From: Selaginella moellendorffii
Lineage: Eukaryota; Plantae; Lycopodiophyta
DNA: 64,000 bases
Direction of reading: 5' to 3'
Assembly (NCBI RefSeq): GCF_000143415.4
Contig: NW_003314288.1
Span: forward strand, 1,674,056-1,738,055
The number at the start of each line of letters is the position of its first letter. Within the stretch, counting starts at the first letter, position 1. A program made the translations under genes and the position numbers. The notes beneath the pieces are model-generated. The model was not told the DNA's origin and ran no database searches. It saw only the letters and a list, made by a program, of their open reading frames with translations. Below are positions 1 to 12,030 of this stretch, one piece after another.

Positions 1-488
1 GTATTGCTAGACCCATTATCAGTTCCCACTTGAGCTAGTTGAGAAACTGGTCATTGACCGTGCACTTAAATCAGATAAACATAAGGTAGGAACTTCTATG
101 TGTTTCTTGCTAAGCATACTCGGCCCGATTTGAGAAACTTCTGTCATTGATTTGCACTTGTTAGTATCAAGAACCCCCGTGATATTGAGCTTGGTCCCTC
201 AATATTCGCTATATGATAGCTTACCGTGTCTGCCAAACACCCTCGCTATCATGCCCTTTGTGTTAGTTTCATTTCGATCCCAAATGCTATTTATGGAAAG
301 TGTTCAGATTTGCTTATTTGGCATATCTACGGAATGTAGAGGGTGGCTTGAACACAATGGTGTTCGTCCCGTGTCCAAATTTACATTCTAGCGCCATTCC
401 ATATTTAGTAAGTTTCGAGCTTGTCCTAGAGACTAACTCCTGATACTAAGGGAGGCTTGGGGTGAAAGCCCAAAGCGTGTGTTCCTCA

Positions 489-521
<33 letters not shown>

Positions 522-3500
522 TTAAATTTTTAAAAGGGAAAGGGGGAGGGGGGGGAATGGCCAACAACCCTGGGGAAAATCCAACTCCCCCCTTGGGGGC
601 TGTCCTNNNNNNNNNNNNNNNNNNNNNNNNNNNNNNNNNNNNNNNNNNNNNNNNNNNNNNNNNNNNNNNNNNNNNNNNNNNNNNNNNNNNNNNNNNNNNN
701 NNNNNNCCTGGCATTGGAATACTGTTGCTTCTAAGACTGTTCCAAGTCGCTCTAGGCTCCTGTCCCTTCGCTCTTTGGGTTGTATGCTCAAGAGTTGCTC
801 CGTGGTTCAGTTCCGTCACTCCTTGGTTCCATGCTTGGGAGTTTGGCACCGTTCCTTCGTTCAGTGGCCCAAGGCCCTGAAACTCGGGTTCCACACCACT
901 GTCCTTTGGACACGTGGCACATGGAGGGTTTAGGTTTCGCTTCGTGGTGTTATCCTATGGTAAATCACCATAGGATAAAGGGTAAAAACCACGTGCGCTA
1001 CATTTGGTATCAGAGGTAGAGTCTCGGCGAGTACTATCCAATGAGATTGGGCAACTAGTCTCATTGCATACGCAGAGATGAAAACGATGATCCGAGTGGG
1101 TACACATTAGAGTGTTAAGGCTTCACATTCATTCTTTGGGTATGGATTTCAGTTACCTTTTGTACCATAATAGTGTGAGCTTGCTTTTGGGCTCATAAGA
1201 GGGTTTGAGTGTTCCGTTTGCACGAGTTTGCGCTTGGGCTCGTGAGTGAGGCACATTAGCAACTCAAGGTTACACTTTGAGTTAGCAGGATTAATATTAG
1301 CCTATCAGTGATTCCATGAGTTGATTCACTAGTTTCATGAGTTGTTCCATGTACCATGGGTGAAAGTAAACCTTCCTTGGGTTTGTTATGAGTGGCAAAT
1401 AGGTTGGTCCGTAGCTATTTAGCACGGCATTAGTGGATCCTTCCTAGGCATGACTATGACTGGATCAATTAAGACTGTAGGGATTAATTTATTGGTTCAA
1501 GTAGTTATTGCCGTGCTCTCTCATAAACTTTTCTCGGATTGGATTGAAGGCAGTGCAAATGCAAGCTTGAGGTTTAGTCAAAGATGAGGCCGAAAAGAGA
1601 GTCATCGAGGATGAAGGATCAAACACGTAAATCTTCTTTTCTTGAAGAGATGATTTGCAATGAGGTGTTGACTCATTGCTCATGTTCACAATATACAATT
1701 AAGAGTCCCTATCTTGATGCATGTTGGTTATGGTGGTCTTATAAATAGTGAGTTATGGGATGGATAGTGGTGAAATACTAAACCATTTTGTCTAGGCTTG
1801 CTATTGGAAGACTTGGGTTGCAATGCTCAATTCTTTTTCGGGAACCTTGCTATTGCTCCTTGAGTAGTTTGGTGTTGGATTAGTTTGAGTTTGATCGGAA
1901 AGAGAGTGGCATGAGCTTGTCCGTGTTGTGAACAAAAGTTAGTGGTGTTAAGTGTTATAAGTCTTTATCGGTAGAGTGTGGCATTTATGTTGCATTTTAT
2001 TCAATTGAGTTAGCACTTGATAGTCACATAAACCTTTGTAATAGTGACATGGGCATTACTCATAGTGTTGCTCAATTGATGAATAAGTCATTGTGATTTC
2101 TATTTCATATCCATGTGATAGTGAGAAATATGTTTACGAAGTTGCTTGATTAAATGATGATTAACCCCAAAGTGGTTGATGGTGAAGCTAGTCTACTTTA
2201 ATACCAAAAAGGTATTAACTCAGCATTGTAGTAGCTTTGACTGGATTCTCGATGGTGGTCCAATATGCTAAGCTTATGTCAATACCTTATTCCTTGAGAG
2301 TTGGCCTATAAAGTGTTGGAAGAAGGTTGTAGCATTCATTTGCTATAACTCATCAATTGATCCGTTAACACTTGGAGTAGATTATTGGATGAAGAAGGTG
2401 TGTAGTTAAGGCATTAATATTACTAGCACTTGTGTTAGTAGAAGTGGCATTGTTGATTCGAGTGATAAGGAATTTTCTTTAGAGTTTGATTTTCCATGTC
2501 ATTTTTTTTGTTCGTATTTTGGCTTCATATTGGATCTTGAAGGTGGTTGAAGAAGAGTGTTAGTGCAATGTGGATATCTAGAGATATGGTCTTCATGATC
2601 AAGCCTTGGATGTTCACTTTGCAATTTTGCGGATGTCGGTGTTGGATGTTGAAGAAATGGGCAAAGATGTTCGATGCTTAAGCATATTGTTGGATCATGA
2701 GAATTTGTGTTGAGGTGAACCTATGTGAAGTTGTTTGTAAGAGGAAGTTGGTTGAGTATTGAAAGTTTGCAATCCTAGACTGAAAGTCATTCTTTCTCTA
2801 GGATGGAAATTTTCCACAAATTTTCTTAGACTTTTCCAATGGCTGATCTGTTGATCACTTTGCCCGGAAACCATTCCATTTTCGAAAGCCAATACAAACT
2901 AGTGAAGGGGTTAGAGTTAACTTTAGTTGGCTTAAACCTTAGTAGGTAGTTTGTATGATGCGAACCGAAAGGGGATGTTGACTTTTGGGGCTAAGGCAAT
3001 TGAGTTGGATAGAGTCTGGAGTTGGTGTAGAAAAGTGGTCATTGCGCTTTTCTAAGAAAGGTGACTCTTGTGCCTTTCTTCTGTAGCGTTATGCTTAGTG
3101 GTAGGTTGCACCTTGCATTTCACTAAAACTCTATGAGAGTAGTGAGCTCTCACTGATCTTGACTTAGTCTTGGTAGCCTTGTGCCTTGGCTGAAGATGGT
3201 GATGTCCAACTTAGTTGTTTGAGGTTAAAATGCTGGTACCTATACTATAGCTTTGTCTATGAGGAGGTTGTGTACCAATATGAGTCCATCTCATGGTCTT
3301 CACTTTAGTTTCGACTAAGTGTTGATCATGCATAGTTAGCCTCTTCAAGGCATGCTCAGAGCTAGTGGCTAAATGCATTAGTGAGCTTATTACGGTTGAG
3401 TTGGATTTAAGTGGTCATTTAGTTCATGCTTGTTCATGAACCTTTATCTTGTACCTGGGGTATTATGTTTATGTTGGACAAGTATATAACTCAATGACGT

Positions 3501-6500
3501 GAGTTTAGTGTTTAGGTCTTGTGAAAGGCAAGTTGGAAAGTGATTGTTGGTTGTTTTGCAACTAGTGATTGCTTGTAGATTTTGTCAAAGACTGTGACAC
3601 TTGCTTCACTTGATGATGATTTAATAGTGATATGTTTGCTCTATCGGATGGTGTTGCGGAGGATCGTATTGTTAGACTTACATGGGTTTTCCATGTTGAC
3701 ATATCGACTCTACCTCTCTCAATATCATTTGGTTACATTTGGTCTGTAGTGTTAGATTTCATTTAAGTCATGGATGTGGTGAATCACTCCTTGATGATGC
3801 GTTATCTGAAACTGAGTATTGTTGAAGGATTGGTCTTGGATATTAATTAAGTATCTTCAACTTTGGTTAGCTTAGTTGTTAGAGAGCTTTGGGTGGTGAT
3901 TCACTCTTGCTTTCTTCTAGCTTTGTCCTGGTGTTGATGGCATTGAAGTGATGCCTTGTCATTGACATTGTTGATGTTGAGATGCAAGTGAAAGGAAATG
4001 TCTTTCTGTAGGATTGATATTGAGTTTCATTAGTCTCGATGCAAATAGCATTGATGATTTGGTTGTAGCTTTATATTATTGGCATTTGTGCATTCGCTAG
4101 TTAGCAACTATATCAATGTTTAAATGAACTGAGTGGCAAGTTTGAGTTAGTTGCATTCTAGATGAGATTATTTAATAGAGGTTGAGCTTTAGCTCTTCCT
4201 TGAAAAGTGATTTAGTAATGGACAATACTACCTCTATGAGAGAAAGAGTTAGTGATTGATATTAGAATATTTGAATCCTTATTGGATTTGAGTTGAAATA
4301 TATCAATCATTGATGATTCTCCTTGTGCTTGTTACGAAGTGAGTTACGTCGTGCTGTGATCACTTGTTGAGCATAGCTTCATTATGCTTAACTTTTGGAT
4401 TGATACAGATATGCTCTTTATTAGCTTTAGTATTATGAAGTTTGGCTTATGGATGTGTTGAAGAGGATATTATGGGTTGTACCATGATTTTCTTCTTTAG
4501 CATTGAAGTTAGTTCATGCAAGACTCGTGATCATTACTAGGCATGACTTGGCTATAGGCTTCTTCAAGCTTTTGGTTCCTTGAGTTTTGTGCTCATTGTT
4601 CCATTTGTTAGAAGTTGTTAGGGAAGGCATTTTGGCTCTTAGCTTCGATATTGAAGGTGGTTTTTGCATCTAACAATCATTGATGATGATTGACTGTCAT
4701 CTAGGATAATTGATTATCCTTGTCGAAGGTTTTGCTTGATTATCGTTGATCTAAAATGATTTGCTATTCTTCGAGATAGTGGATTCCTTTTTGGACTATG
4801 ATTTTGCATATATCTTTTTGATAGGATGATTGATGCTCTTTCATGATGGTTTGTTATTCTTTTTGATGGCTTATGGCTTTTCGCAATACCACATGTTCTT
4901 TGTGGTTTGTTTTGGATTAGTTTTTTTTAGGTTTGAGACATTAGTAGGATGTTGTTGACACTTTCTTCAGCAACTCTGGTTCCTTAGTATTGTTGACCAA
5001 AATCTATTCAGATTAGCTTCTGTGATAATTGACATGAATGGGTGTTTGTTAATTTTACCACATTCATTCTATTCTATTGATTGTTGCTCAAGTTAGTTTT
5101 GATAGATTAAGATGTTATTTCCTTTAGGTAATACATTCACGAGCATTGTGCTTGTCGGTTAATGATACTTTGTGTTCTTTGAGTTATCTTTGGTAAGTTG
5201 TTTAGCATACTGTCTACAATCTTCAATAGTTAAGTTTTCTCATTGAGTGTACTTGATGATAGTTTAGCTATTGAATTTTGTTGGATGGTGACTCCTATGT
5301 TTTCCAATGATAGTGATCTTGGTTGTTCCTCTACTATAATACTAGTTTATCGGATGATAACTTACTTGGAATACTTTTGTGTTCTAATCTAAGATATATT
5401 CATTAATAATTAAATCTCTAAGATATCATTGTCTATGACTTTGATATGGTCCGTATATTGATCTTTGAGTTTGGGCCAGTATAGGCAGATTGGCTTCAAC
5501 ACTTCGTGTGCATAGTGAAATCTTTAGTTATGGGGTAGCTACTGTTAACTGGTCACATCACCCGCCTCTTTGTCGATGATCCTTATTCCGTTAAAAGGGC
5601 ATGACCGTGTAAACAAATCTAACTGTCTGTTTATAGTAGTCTATCTAAACCTTACCAACAGGTTTGGTTTTTTTGCTTAGGAGGGTTGGGGCCTCTGGCT
5701 TCTCTCTCTATGTCCTTGCGGGCAGGGGCATATCACGCTTTTGTAAGCTGGATGACACCCAGAGCAACAAGGGTGGCTAACTCCGTTGGTCATTTTCTTG
5801 TCGGCGACGGCCGGAAGGTGTCTAAGTTGGTAGCGCATCCGCGTTAGAGAAAGAGGTTACCCTAACTCATTTAAGTTGGTGAATTTCTTATATAGTGTGA
5901 GTACCGTGAACTTTTTCTGGAGTTGTTTCCTTGGCAGTATTCTAGACTGGAGTATGCATCGACAAGGACGTCGATCTTCCCTAGGGGGGGAGAGTGTCGC
6001 GAATGTGACTTCAGGTATCGAAAGTTACCTGTCGGTTAGTTCTTTCGAATATTCTTTCCTTACTGCCATAACGGCAGGAGGTCGGTATTGCTGGACCCGT
6101 TATTAGTTCCCACTTGAGCTAATTGAGAAATTGGTCATTAACCATGCACTTAAATCGGATAAACATAAGGTAGGAACTCTTATGTGTTTCTTGCTGAGCA
6201 TACTCGGCCCGGTTTGAGAAACTTTTGTCATTGGCTTGCACTTGCTAGTATCAAGAACCCCCGTGATATTGAGCTTGGTCCCTCAATATTCACTAAATGA
6301 TAGCTTACCATGTCTACCAAACACCCTCGCTATCATGCCTTTTGTGTTAGTCTCATTTCGGTCCCAAATGCTATTTATGGAAAGTGTCCAGATTTACTCA
6401 TTTGGCATATCTATGGAATGTAGAGATCGGCCTGAACACAATGGTGTTCGTCCCGTGTCCAAATTCGCATTCTAGCACCATTCCATATTTAGTAAGTTTC

Positions 6501-7128
6501 GAGCTTGTCCCAGATACTAACTCCTGATACTAAGGGAGGCTTGGGGTGAAAGCCCAAAACATGTGTTCCTCAAGGGGGGGAGGGGGTTGTGGGGGGTTCC
6601 AAATGTATAGTAGGGATAGTGGGTAGGTTGAGCATGGCCGACTAACATGAGGCATAGTCTAGCTCCCGCTTGCATGCTTGTCCTTGTTCTGCGTCCGGCT
6701 TGGGTCTAAGCCCAAGCTCCACACCATGCTAGCTGGTGGAGTACCCATATCCTCGAGTTAGGCCACCGGTATGCTGAAATAACGCTAAACTCCGTTTGGC
6801 TTCGTTTTGCATGCTGGTCCTGGCATTGGGATGCTAGTTGCTCTAGGACTGTTCCAAGTCACTCCGGGCTCCTGTCCCTTCGATCCTTGGGCTGTATGCT
6901 TAAGAGTTGCTCTGTGGTTCGGTTCCGTCACCCCTTGGCTCCATGCTTAGGAGTTTGGCACCGTTCCTTCGTTCAGTGGCCCAAGGCCCTGAAACTCGGG
7001 TTCCACACCACTGTCCTTTGAACACGTGGCATGTGACACGTGGCACATGGAGGGTTTAGGTTCTGCTTCGTGGTGTTATCCTATGGTAAATCACCATAGG
7101 ATAAAGAGTAAAAACCACGTGCGCTACA
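1..7128 (+). mobile_element. Non-autonomous (LARD-like) LTR retroelement, family A; 5' LTR cut by the window edge
   Basis: Positions 1-1002 repeat at ~6085-7128. The 3' LTR 5995-7128 runs TG...CA. PBS TGGTATCAGAG (tRNA-iMet) at 1005-1015 and PPT AGGGGGGGAGAG at 5983-5994. The ~5-kb interior has no long ORF or recognisable gag/pol. LTRs differ by roughly 5-10%, mostly transitions. Confidence 0.88.
607..706. other. Assembly gap (N run) preceded by low-quality poly-G sequence
   Basis: N run. Bases ~490-606 are a G-inflated, error-rich version of 6573-6683 in the other LTR. Confidence 0.95.
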
Positions 7129-9043
7129 AAGAAGGACTAGTGCTATGCTAAATAGCCATGTTGTTACTATATTACCATTGATAAAAGTAAACTTCTCTTA
7201 CATTTGCTATAAGTTTCATAGTAACTATTGATAAGTTAGCATTAAACTCAAAATATAACCTTAAGTTGCTAATGTGCTTCACTCATGAGTCCAAGTATAA
7301 ATCTATGGAACAATATGTCTATAATCCATCTAATAAGCCCAAGTATAAGCTCATACAATATAGTATAAAATGGTAATCAAAATCCAAATAAAAAGAATGC
7401 TTATGAAGCTATAGTAACCAAATGTGATCCTACTTAGATCATCGTTTTCATCTCTACATATGCAATGAATCCACTTGCCTAATCTCATTAAATTATACTT
7501 GTTAAGACTAATCATTTGATACCAAATATAGTATATATAATTTTCAACTTATACATTATGGTGATTTACTATAGGATAAGCATAAAATAGTGTGCTAAAG
7601 ATAATAGAGTGGAACCCAAGTTTCAAGGCTATAACCCACTAAATAAAAGGACGGAACCAAACTTTTGAGCATATAGCTAAAGAGTGAAGTAACTGAAGTG
7701 TTTTTTGAGTGTACAACCAAAGAACAAAGGAATAAGAGTATGGAGTAAATCTTAAATATAAAATTAAAGAGCATAAGTATAGAAGCATAGAGTAACATTA
7801 GAATAATTTTAGAGCATCCAACTTCCAAATGCTAAAACTAACATGCAAAATAAAGCCAAATAAATTTTGGAATTATGTTAGCATATTAGTGGCTTTATAT
7901 GAGAATATAAATACTCCTCCAGCTAGCATAGTATAGAACTTGGGCTTAAATCTAAGTTAGATGCGAAACAAGGATAAACATACTCAGCAAGAAGCTAAAA
8001 AATGTCTCATATTGGTTGGTTATGTTTAACCTTATATTCCCCCATATAAAAGCATACTTTACCCTTATCCCAAGGGTTAAGGACAATCTTGAAAACTTAT
8101 TAAATATAGAATAATACTAAATCATAAATCTGAATACTAGAACAATATCTATGTAGAAAAAACAATTATCTTTGTTCAAGATAACCTCTATATTCTGTAA
8201 ATAGCCTTATTAATAGATCTAGACACTATTCATAAATAGCCAATGGGACTGAAATAAGACCAACACATAGAGAATGATACCAAGAGTGTTTAGTAGATAT
8301 AGTAAGTTAATATATAGTGATATTGAGGGAAAAATACTTAATACATGAGAGTACACGATTAAGCCAGTGTAAGACAAAGCAAAAGAGAACTAAAAATTAA
8401 ATTAAGCATGCTCAATAAGACACATATAGAAGTTCCTACCTCACATTTATTTAGCTAAGTATAGATGTTAAGCCTAGTTTAGTACACTTGAACAAAAGAA
8501 ACTAACAAAGAGAATTAGCAATATCAATCTTTTATTGTTGTGGTAATAAAAAAAATATATTTAAAAGGACTTAGTAATTTATAATTTTGATAGCCACAGT
8601 CACATCCCAACAACAGATAATATATCATTAAGGAGTGAATCACCATATCCAAGATCTAACACCACAAACTAAATGTAACCAAATAATAATGACAAAGGTG
8701 GAATTGATATAAGTATGCCTATCACTACTAAATTATCATCGAGTTAAGTGTCAGTAGTCCTCAATTAAGTTTACAAACAATCACTAGTCACAAAATAATC
8801 AACAATCATTTTTTAACCCACTTTTATAAAACCCAAATACCAAATTCACATCATCAAATCATATGCTTTTCCAACAACAAGGCAACACTCCAGGTATAAT
8901 ATAAAGGATTATGAATAAGTATAGATAAAATTACTATTTACATCAATAAGGCCACTAACATTTTTAACCAATAGCTCTAAGCATGACTAAAGAAGCTGGC
9001 TATCAACACACAACTAAAACTAAAGAGAAAACCTTTAAATAGA

Positions 9044-9101
<58 letters not shown>

Positions 9102-10390
9102 ACTTTATAATAGATAAATTTATAATACAAGTACTAAGACCTCAACCATTAAAAACTAAATTGGACATTATAATCCTTAGTTACCAAAACCAAGTTAAGA
9201 TTAGGGAGACCTTATTACTCTCATATAGTCTAACTAAATCTAACATGCAATCTGTCACTAAATATAATATTCAAAAGAAAGATATAAAGGTCACCTTTCT
9301 AGAAAAGTGTAATAACCACTTTTTTATTTCAAATCTATTAATGTCTAAGTTAACTGAAGTCAACTCCAACCTTTTCATTAGTTTGTAATACAAAAATATA
9401 ATGGTTTTAGGGTAAAATAATTAATAGATCAACCACTAAAAAAGTCTAAGAAAATTTATAGGAAAATTTTCATTCTAAAGAAAGAATGACTCTTAGTTTA
9501 TGAATGCAAATTCTCAAGACTCAACTAACTTCTTTTTACTAATAACTTCATATATATTCACCTTAACACAAATTTTAATTATGTAACAACATGCTTAAGC
9601 GTCCAACAATATATCTATATATTTTATATTTGACATTAAATCTGCAAATGCTAATGAATACTAGTATATAAAATGGAGTTAAATATAGATTTGTACTATT
9701 TCAATATACAAGTGGTTTAACACAAGGATATGGCTATTCCACCAATTCTTAGGACATAGAATAAAACAGACACATCTAGTAAGGAGCTAGACAAAATCTT
9801 AGGTTAGTCAATCATGCTTAACCTATCCACTATCCTTACTATATATTGAGAATCCCCTATAGTTTTTAAGACAAGTTTGAAAATTTACTAAATATAGAAT
9901 TGTTTCCACATCCAGATTTACAATCTATCATATTTAGGGCAATCTTTACATTTTGTAGATATGCCTCACTAGTAAATCTAGACATTTTCATAAATAGCCA
10001 ATAAAATTAAAATTTAACTAACATAAAGGGTATGATAGTGAAAGTGTTTTGGCGGATATAATAAGCTAGCACGTAGTGATATTAAGGGATTAATGCTCAA
10101 TACACAAAGGTTTTTATCACTAGCCAATGCAAGATACAATAAGATGGGAAATCCTTACAGAGTTAAGTATGTTTAACTAATAATATGTAGAAATTTTGTC
10201 CTTATGCTCATTTAGTTTAAGTACACTTGAAATACTCAATTAATTCCACTAACACAAGAGGGATTGATCAAGGTCTAATAATATTGATCTCTTACTATTG
10301 TGGTAGTATAAGAAAAACATCCAAAAAGACTTGCCAACATGTAACTTTTGATACCCATAATTATATTTGTGATAAATATATATCCATGAC
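7129..10390 (-). mobile_element. Decayed older copies of family A in inverted orientation
   Basis: 7129-7530 is the reverse complement of ~1000-1440 (e.g. AAGTTGCTAATGTGCTTCACTCATGAG vs CTCGTGAGTGAGGCACATTAGCAACT). LTR-like remnants at ~7530-8610 and ~9700-10380. Strongly AT-shifted. Confidence 0.75.
9047..9099. repeat. (TA)n microsatellite
   Basis: Uninterrupted AT dinucleotide run of ~50 bp. Confidence 0.97.
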
Positions 10391-10999
10391 TAATATAATA
10401 AATAAATACTTATAATGCATACCTTGCAAATCAATTGCCTTGAAACAAATTTGCTCCCACACACGTCATAAACAAAATCTTGCTGCTTGGCTTGGCCGAG
10501 CTCCTACATGTTCAAAGTGTAAATGGTCTCAACATAGCAAACCAATGTTGAATAAAAGGTGCTTCAATAACTCCCTTGTAGTGTTTGGCTGCTCCCTTGC
10601 ACAATGTGCTATCGGCCTCTCACTCAGCCATGACCAAACCCAGGACTATATCAAGGAAAAAAAGGATGGACCTTACCAATAAAGAACAAAGGGATTCACC
10701 TTTAAGAGCTCTTGCTATTGTGCTACTACAGTTTGAAGCAGAAAAAATGAGCAATTGAACAGAAAAACCCACTGTTCACCCATCATTATTGCCCAGCTTG
10801 CCAATACTTATCACTATTGCATGTCATTGCTCTACTACTTCTCACCCACCCTCTCTTATCGTCACCCACTAGCATTGCAAGTTGCAGCCCAGCCATCATC
10901 AACCCTCTACCCCTAGTATTGCTGCCATGACCCCATTCCACATAGATGCTCGTGAATAAAAGCCCTTCCAGTTCACTCAAAGCAATGCCATGTGGCTTT

Positions 11000-11130
11000 G
11001 GTTGTTTTCAGTTGTCTTTGGTTGACACAAGGTTGTTTTCAATTGTCTTTTGTTGTTACAAGGTTGTCTTCAATTGTCTTTTGTTGTTACAAGGTTGTCT
11101 TCAATTGTCTTTTGTTGTTACAAGGTTGTC
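11000..11130. repeat. Minisatellite, 31-bp unit, ~4 copies
   Basis: Unit AAGGTTGTCTTCAATTGTCTTTTGTTGTTAC repeated in tandem. Confidence 0.9.
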
Positions 11131-12030
11131 TTATCCTCCATTATAGATTGCTTTATGAATTACATACCATACTTCTATTTGGTAGATTTGATGTAGTAGG
11201 AGCTTTTTGTGATAAAATGTACTAATTTTACAAATTCCCTAAGAGGTATCCATTTGCAGTTCTGGTAGTTGATCTCTGCTATTTACGAAAAATGGAGTGA
11301 GTAAGAAACATAGCATGGAACAGTCTGCATTGACTAAAAAAATGTCTATCTCTATATATCTGCAAAGGTATATTTCAGATTGGTAAGCTTATCATCTTAA
11401 AAGCTAATGTATTTTCATTCACTTCTCATTTATTCAAATAAAATGCTTCAAAAAATTCACATAATATAGCAAAATTTTAAAGAACCATCCTCATTTGTGA
11501 CAAAATTATCCAAAGGAAATACTGCAGAAGTATCCTGGTTTGTCCTATTTTTACAAACTCCAAAGAGCGTCCCTTTGGAATCCACCAAGAATTGATTGCA
11601 TGTTTTCCAGAAATTTCTGCCAAGAACAAGCTTGCCATTATCATTCCCTAGCTTACTATCCAAAGGCAAATTACTGTAGAACCACTTTGATGGAGCACAA
11701 AATGACCATAGAACACCAGCAAAATTGACTGAAGAATTACTACATGTTTGAGAATACCCACCACAAGCCTAAAAATAAAAACAAAGAAAAGAAAACTAGA
11801 GTAAGGAAGGGAGAAAAAATATAGCCTTAATCCAATAACATATATACCTCAAGTGATGTTGACAAAGCGAAAACCAAAATTATCACCTTCTGCATTCTAG
11901 CTAATGCTTTTGCATTCATGGCCAAACAAATCATTACTAAATGGTAAACTCAGAGGGCTTTAGCACTGACACATCTCAAGTGCTACATAAAAAGTTAAAA
12001 TTGTTGATTAATTTAAAATTAACAGGTAGA

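Noticed and set aside
433-894. Gly/Pro-rich ORFs across the N gap
   Set aside because: Artefact of low-quality poly-G sequence within an LTR.
6571-6600. Internal PPT+TG suggesting a second LTR start
   Set aside because: Homology between the LTR copies extends on both sides and the true PPT is at 5983-5994.
6698-6718. Twister ribozyme P4/L4-like hairpin GCTTGGGTCTAAGCCCAAGC
   Set aside because: Lacks the flanking UAA/P2/pseudoknot partners, so it is a simple hairpin.
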